In this document: piece by piece, positions 56,746 to 64,000 of the stretch | How the letters are laid out: each line of letters begins with the position of its first letter | How positions within the stretch are numbered: position 1 is the first letter of the stretch | Source: Eledone cirrhosa | Lineage: Eukaryota | DNA length: 64,000 nt | Assembly (NCBI GenBank): GCA_964016885.1 | Contig: OZ024742.1 | Span: forward strand, 168,268,001 to 168,332,000 | Direction: 5' to 3' | Position numbers and translations under genes: made by a program | Notes under the pieces: generated by a model | Told to the model about the DNA's origin: nothing | The model's database searches: none | What the model saw: only the letters and a program-made list of their open reading frames with translations

Positions 56746-57839
56746 AATCCATTAAAAAAATCCATTTAAAAAAATCCATTAAAAAATCCATTAAAAATCC
56801 ATTAAAAATCCATTAAAAATCCATTAAAAATCCATTAAAAAATCCATTAAAAATCCATTAAAAATCCATTAAAAATCCATTAAAAATCCATTAAAAAATC
56901 CATTTAAAAAAATCCATTAAAAAAATCCATTAAAAAATCCATTTAAAAAATCCATTTAAAAAAATCCATTAAAAAAAATCCATTAAAAAAAAATCCATTA
57001 AAAAAAATCCATTAAAAAAAAAATCCGTTAAAAAAAATCCATTAAAAACTCAATCAAACACCCAATTAAAAGGCCATAAAAGAAACATTAAAACAGCATT
57101 TAAAATACCATTAAAAACGCCATAAAAAATCATTAAAATTGTTTTTTATGAAATTTATAATATGGCTTTTAATGAACTTTTTAATGGGCTTTTAGAATCA
57201 TTAAAATCCCATTAAAAATACATTAAAGGCCCATTAAAAACGCCATAAAAAATCCATTAAAAAAAATCCATTAAAAAAAAATTCAATCAAAAACCCATAA
57301 AAGAAACATTAAAACAGCATTTAAAAAACCCATTAAAAATTCATTAAAAAAATCCATTTAAAAAATCCATTAAAAATCCATTAAAAATCCATTAAAAATC
57401 CATTAAAAATCCATTAAAAATAATCCATTAAAAAAAATTCAATCAAAAACCCATAAAAGAAACATTAAAACAGCATTTAAAAAATCCATTAAAAAAAATC
57501 CATTTAAAAAAATCCATTAAAAAAGCCATTAAAAATCCATTAAAAATCCATTAAAAAAAAATCCATTAAAAAAAATCCATTAAAAATCCATTAAAAAAAT
57601 CCATTTAAAAAAATCCATTAAAAAATCCATTAAAAATCCATTAAAAATCAATTAAAAAATCCATTTAAAAAACCCATTAAAAAAATCCATTTAAAAAATC
57701 CATTTAAAAAATCCATTAAAAAAAATCCATTTAAAAAAACCCATTAAAAAAAATCCATTAAGAAAATCCATTTAAAAAATCCATTAAAAAAAATCCATTA
57801 AAAAAAATCCATAAAAAAAAATCCATTAAAAAAAATCCA

Positions 57840-60800
57840 TTAAAAAAAAATCCGTTAAAAAAAATCCATTAAAAAAAAATCCGTTAAAAAAATCCATTAA
57901 AAGCTCAATCCCATTAAAAACGCCATAAAAATCATTAAAATCCAATTAAAGATACATTAAAGGCCCATTAAAAACGCCATAAAAAATCCATTAAAAAAAT
58001 CCATTAAAAAAACTCAATCAAAAACCCATAAAAGAAACATTAAAACAGCATTTAAAAAATCCATTAAAAATCCATTAAAAAAATCCATTTAATAAAATCC
58101 ATTAAAAAATCCATTAAAAATCCATTAAAAATCCATTAAAAATCCATTAAAAATCCATTAAAAATCCATTAAAAAACCCATTTAAAAAAATCCATTAAAA
58201 AAATCCATTAAAAAAATCCATTAAAAAAAGCCATTAAAAAAATCCATTTAAAAAAAGCCATTAAAAAAATCCATTAAAAAAAAATCCATTAAAAATCCAT
58301 TAAAAAAATCCATTTAAAAAAATCCATTAAAAAAATCCATTTAAAAAATCCATTTAAAAAATCCATTAAAAAAATCCATTTAAAAAATCCATAAAAAAAA
58401 ACCATTAAAAAAAATCCATTAAAAAAAAATCCATTAAAAAAAATCCATTAAAAAAAATCCATTAAAAATCCATTAAAAAAAATCCATTTAAAAAAAATTC
58501 ATTAAAAAATCCATTAAAAATCCATTAAAAATCCATTTAAAAAAATCCATTTAAAAAATCCATTTAAAAAACCCATTACAAAAAATACATTAAAAAAAAT
58601 CCATAAAAAAAAAAGCCATTAAAAAAAATCCATTAAAAAAAATCTATTAAAAATCCATTAAAAATCCATTAAAAATCCATTAAAAATCCATTAAAAATCC
58701 ATTAAAAATCCATTAAAAAGCCATTAAAAATCCATTAAAATCCATTAAAAATCCATTAAAAATCCATTAAAAATCCATTAAAAATCCATTAAAAAATCCA
58801 TTTAAAAAAATCCATTAAAAAATCCATTAAAAAATCCATTTAAAAAATCCATTAAAAAAATCCATTAAAAAAAAATCCATTAAAAAAAAAATCCATTAAA
58901 AAAAATCAATTTAAAAAAATCCATTAAAAATCCATTAAAAAAATCCATTTAAAAAAATCCATTAAAAACCCATTAAAAACCCATTAAAAATCCATTAAAA
59001 ATCCATTTAAAAACCCATTAAAAAAAATCCATTAAAAAAAATCCATTTAAAAAATCCATTTAAAAAAATCCATTAAAAAAACCCATTAAAAAAATCCATT
59101 AAAAAAATCCATTTAAAAAATCCATTAAAAAAAATTCATTAAAAAAAAATCCATAAAAAAATCCATTAAAAAAATCCATTTAAAAAAATCCATTAAAAAA
59201 AATCCATTAAAAATCCATTAAAAAAATCCATTAAAAAAAATCCATTAAAAAATCCATTAAAAAACCCATTAAAAATCCATTAAAAATCCATTAAAAATCC
59301 ATTAAAAATCCATTTAAAAAACCCATTAAAAAAATCCATTTAAAAAACCCATTAAAAAAAGCCATTAAAAAATCCATTTAAAAAATCCATTAAAAAAAAT
59401 CCATTTAAAACAACCCATTAAAAAAATCCATTAAAAAAAACCCATTAAAAAAAATCCATTAAAAAAATCCATTTAAAAAATCCATTAAAAAAAATCCATT
59501 TAAAAAAATCCATAAAAAAATCCATTAAAAAAATCCATTAAAAATCCATTAAAAAAAATCCATTTAAAAAAGCCATTAAAAAATCCATTAAAAATCCATT
59601 AAAAATCCATTTAAAAAACCCATTAAAAAATCCATTAAAAAAATCCATTTAAAAAATCCATTAAAAAAAATCCATTTAAAAAAACTCATTTAAAAAAATC
59701 CATTAAAAAAATCCATTTAAAAAATCCATTAAAAAAAATCCATTAAAAAAATCCATTAAAAAAATCCATTAAAAAAAATCCATTAAAAAAAAATCCGTTA
59801 AAAAAAATCCATTAAAAACTCAATCAAAAACCCAATTAAAAGGCCATAAAAGAAACATTAAAACAGCATTTAAAATACCATTAAAAACGCCATAAAAAAT
59901 CATTAAAATTGTTTTTTATGAAATTTATAATATGGCTTTTAATGAATTTTTTAATGGGCTTTTAGAATCATTAAAATCCCATTAAAAATACATTAAAGGC
60001 CCATTAAAAACGCCATAAAAAATCCATTAAAAAAATCCATTAAAAAAAAACTCAATCAAAAACACATAAAAGAAACATTAAAACAGCATTTAAAAAATCC
60101 ATTAAAAATCCATTAAAAAAAAATCCATTAAAAAAATCCATTAAAAATCCATTAAAAAAATCCATTTAAAAAAATCCATTAAAAAATCCATTAAAAACCC
60201 ATTAAAAATCCATTAAAAATCCATTAAAAATCCATTAAAAAATCCATTTAAAAAACCCATTAAAAAAATCCATTAAAAAATCCATTTAAAAATCCATTAA
60301 AAAAAATCCATTTAAAAAAACCCATTAAAAAAAATCCATTAAAAAAATCCATTTAAAAAATCCATAAAAAAAAATCCATAAAAAAAATCCATTAAAAAAA
60401 ATCCATTAAAAAAAAAATCCGTTAAAAAAATCCATTAAAAATCCATTAAAAATCCATTAAAAATCCATTAAAAATCCATTAAAAATCCATTAAAAATCCA
60501 TTTAAAAAAATCCATTAAAAAAAAATCCATTAAAAAAAATCCATTAAAAAAAATCAATTTAAAAAAATCCATTAAAAATCCATTAAAAAAATCCATTAAA
60601 AAAAATCCATTAAAAACCCATTAAAAATCCATTAAAAATCCATTTAAAAATCCAGTAAAAAAAATCCATTTAAAAAACCCATTAAAAAAATCCATTAAAA
60701 AATCCATTTAAAAATCCAGTAAAAAAAATCCATTTAAAAAAACCCATTAAAAAAAATCCATTAAAAAAATCCATTTAAAAAATCCATAAAAAAAAATCCA

Positions 60801-63600
60801 TAAAAAAAAATCCATTAAAAAAAAATCCGTTAAAAAAAATCCATTAAAAAAAAATCCGTTAAAAAAATCCATTAAAAGCTCAATCCCATTAAAAACGCCA
60901 TAAAAATCATTAAAATCCAATTAAAGATACATTAAAGGCCCATTAAAAACGCCATAAAAATCCATTAAAAAAATCCATTAAAAAAACTCAATCAAAAACC
61001 CATAAAAGAAACATTAAAACAGCATTTAAAAAATCCATTAAAAATCCATTAAAAAAATCCATTTAATAAAATCCATTAAAAAATCCATTAAAAATCCATT
61101 AAAAATCCATTAAAAATCCATTAAAAATCCATTAAAAATCCATTAAAAACCCATTTAAAAAAATCCATTAAAAAAATCCATTAAAAAAATCCATTAAAAA
61201 AAGCCATTAAAAAAATCCATTTAAAAAAAGCCATTAAAAAAATCCATTAAAAAAAAATCCATTAAAAATCCATTAAAAAAATCCATTTAAAAAAATCCAT
61301 TAAAAACCCATTAAAAATCCATTAAAAAAACCATTAAAAAACCCATTAAAAAAAATCCATTAGAAAAATCCATTTAAAAAATCCATTAAAAAAAAATCCA
61401 TTTAAAAAACCCATTAAAAAAAATCCATTATAAAAATCCATTTAAAAAATCCATTTAAAAAATCCATTAAAAAAATCCATTTAAAAAATCCATAAAAAAA
61501 AACCATTAAAAAAAATCCATTAAAAAAAAATCCATTAAAAAAAATCCATTAAAAAAAATCCATTAAAAATCCATTAAAAAAAATCCATTTAAAAAAAATT
61601 CATTAAAAAATCCATTAAAAATCCATTAAAAATCCATTTAAAAAAATCCATTTAAAAAATCCATTTAAAAAACCCATTACAAAAAATACATTAAAAAAAA
61701 TCCATAAAAAAAAAAGCCATTAAAAAAAATCCATTAAAAAAATCTATTAAAAATCCATTAAAAATCCATTAAAAATCCATTAAAAATCCATTAAAAATCC
61801 ATTAAAAATCCATTAAAAAGCCATTAAAAATCCATTAAAATCCATTAAAAATCCATTAAAAATCCATTAAAAATCCATTAAAAATCCATTAAAAAATCCA
61901 TTTAAAAAAATGCATTAAAAAATCCATTAAAAAATCCATTTAAAAAATCCATTAAAAAAATCCATTAAAAAAAAATCCATTAAAAAAAAAATCCATTAAA
62001 AAAAATCAATTTAAAAAAATCCATTAAAAATCCATTAAAAAAATCCATTTAAAAAAATCCTTTAAAAACCCATTAAAAACCCATTAAAAATCCATTAAAA
62101 ATCCATTTAAAAAACCCATTAAAAAAAATCCATTAAAAAAAATCCATTTAAAAAATCCATTTAAAAAAATCCATTAAAAAAACCCATTAAAAAAATCCAT
62201 TAAAAAAATCCATTTAAAAAATCCATTAAAAAAAATTCATTAAAAAAAAATCCATAAAAAAATCCATTAAAAAAATCCATTTAAAAAAATCCATTAAAAA
62301 AAATCCATTAAAAATCCATTAAAAAAATCCATTAAAAAAAATCCATTAAAAAATCCATTAAAAAACCCATTAAAAATCCATTAAAAATCCATTAAAAATC
62401 CATTAAAAATCCATTTAAAAAACCCATTAAAAAAATCCATTTAAAAAACCCATTAAAAAAAGCCATTAAAAAATCCATTTAAAAAATCCATTAAAAAAAA
62501 TCCATTTAAAACAACCCATTAAAAAAATCCATTAAAAAAAACCCATTAAAAAAAATCCATTAAAAAAATCCATTTAAAAAATCCATTAAAAAAAATCCAT
62601 TAAAAAAAATCCATAAAAAAATCCATTAAAAAAATCCATTAAAAATCCATTAAAAAAAATCCATTTAAAAAAGCCATTAAAAAATCCATTAAAAATCCAT
62701 TAAAAATCCATTTAAAAAACCCATTAAAAAATCCATTAAAAAAATCCATTTAAAAAATCCATTAAAAAAAATCCATTTAAAAAAACTCATTTAAAAAAAT
62801 CCATTAAAAAAATCCATTTAAAAAATCCATTAAAAAAAATCCATTAAAAAAATCCATTAAAAAAATCCATTAAAAAAAATCCATTAAAAAAAAATCCGTT
62901 AAAAAAAATCCATTAAAAACTCAATCAAAAACCCAATTAAAAGGCCATAAAAGAAACATTAAAACAGCATTTAAAATACCATTAAAAACGCCATAAAAAA
63001 TCATTAAAATTGTTTTTTATGAAATTTATAATATGGCTTTTAATGAATTTTTTAATGGGCTTTTAGAATCATTAAAATCCCATTAAAAATACATTAAAGG
63101 CCCATTAAAAACGCCATAAAAAATCCATTAAAAAAATCCATTAAAAAAAAACTCAATCAAAAACACATAAAAGAAACATTAAAACAGCATTTAAAAATCC
63201 ATTAAAAATCCATTAAAAAAAAATCCATTAAAAAAATCCATTAAAAATCCATTAAAAAAATCCATTTAAAAAAATCCATTAAAAAATCCATTAAAAACCC
63301 ATTAAAAATCCATTAAAAATCCATTAAAAATCCATTAAAAAATCCATTTAAAAAACCCATTAAAAAAATCCATTAAAAAATCCATTTAAAAATCCATTAA
63401 AAAAAATCCATTTAAAAAAACCCATTAAAAAAAATCCATTAAAAAAATCCATTTAAAAAATCCATAAAAAAAAATCCATAAAAAAAATCCATTAAAAAAA
63501 ATCCATTAAAAAAAAAATCCGTTAAAAAAAATCCATTAAAAATCCATTAAAAATCCATTAAAAATCCATTAAAAATCCATTAAAAATCCATTAAAAATCC
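57840..63600 (+). repeat. Higher-order tandem duplication at offset ~3101
   Basis: ttacaaa 58579/61680, actcattt 59685/62786, insertion 59910/63011. The offset is 2975 at gctcaatccc 57903/60878, upstream of an indel. Confidence 0.85.
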
Positions 63601-64000
63601 ATTTAAAAAAATCCATTAAAAAAATCCATTAAAAAAATCCATTTAAAAAATCCATTAAAAAAAATCCATTAAAAAAAAATCCATTAAAAAAAATCCATAA
63701 AAAAAAATCAATTTAAAAAAATCCATTAAAAATCCATTAAAAAAATCCATTAAAAAAAATCCATTAAAAACCCATTAAAAATCCATTAAAAATCCATTAA
63801 AAAATCCATTTAAAAAAACCATTAAAAAAAATCCATTAAAAAAATCCATTTAAAAAATCCATTAAAAAAAATCCATTAAAAAAATCCATTTAAAAAATCC
63901 ATTAAAAAAAATCCATTAAAAAAAACTCAATCAAAAACCCATAAAAGAAACATTAAAACAGCATTTAAAAAATCCATTAAAAATCCATTAAAAGAATCCA

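Larger units (their letters stand above)
1..64000 (+). repeat. Tandem satellite array, monomer TCCATT(A)4-10 (minus strand (T)nAATGGA), running off both window ends
   Basis: Every line consists of TCCATT/TCCATTT/CCCATT/GCCATT/TCCAT heads separated by A-runs. The orientation is uniform except for the short inverted insertions, G is almost absent on the + strand, and no unique sequence is present. Confidence 0.99.

Noticed and set aside
2016-63110. Conserved cassette recurring between variable stretches, superficially CRISPR-like
   Set aside because: The repeat is ~200 bp, the intervals are 0.7-4 kb of the same satellite rather than unique 25-45 bp spacers, and there are no cas genes or leader.
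1-64000. Run-length variability as pure sequencing homopolymer error
   Set aside because: Exact offsets are maintained across kb-scale duplicate pairs, which random per-run error would destroy. Occasional 1-bp differences could still be errors.
1-64000. G-quadruplex or canonical telomere array
   Set aside because: The minus strand has mostly GG separated by long T-runs, with only scattered GGG. No TTAGGG, TTTAGGG or TTAGG repeats are present.

Overview
The whole 64 kb window is one uninterrupted, very AT-rich, strand-asymmetric tandem satellite array, probably eukaryotic heterochromatin. The organism and the centromeric or subtelomeric context cannot be determined from the sequence. The basic monomer is TCCATT followed by an A-run of about 4-10 nt (units of about 10-16 bp, roughly 5,000 copies by estimate). 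Recurrent variant heads include TCCATTT, CCCATT, GCCATT, TCCAT, TCCGTT, TTCATT and TACATT. I can support no protein-coding gene, RNA gene, CRISPR array or transposon; the single ORF is a by-product of the repeat. The array has layered structure. (1) A diverged cassette of about 130-200 bp built from degenerate monomers. (2) A 56-bp opposite-strand insertion flanked by a 12-bp direct repeat, in 33 copies by hand count and three linked haplotypes, with un-inserted copies surviving at the window start. (3) Blocks of pure 11-bp phased A-tract units in 9 copies. (4) Multi-kb near-identical duplications (offsets about 0.32, 3.1, 3.58, 4.6, 5.0, 6.4, 7.7 and 10.2 kb) that preserve even the A-run lengths. 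All coordinates and counts were read by eye; duplication boundaries are approximate.
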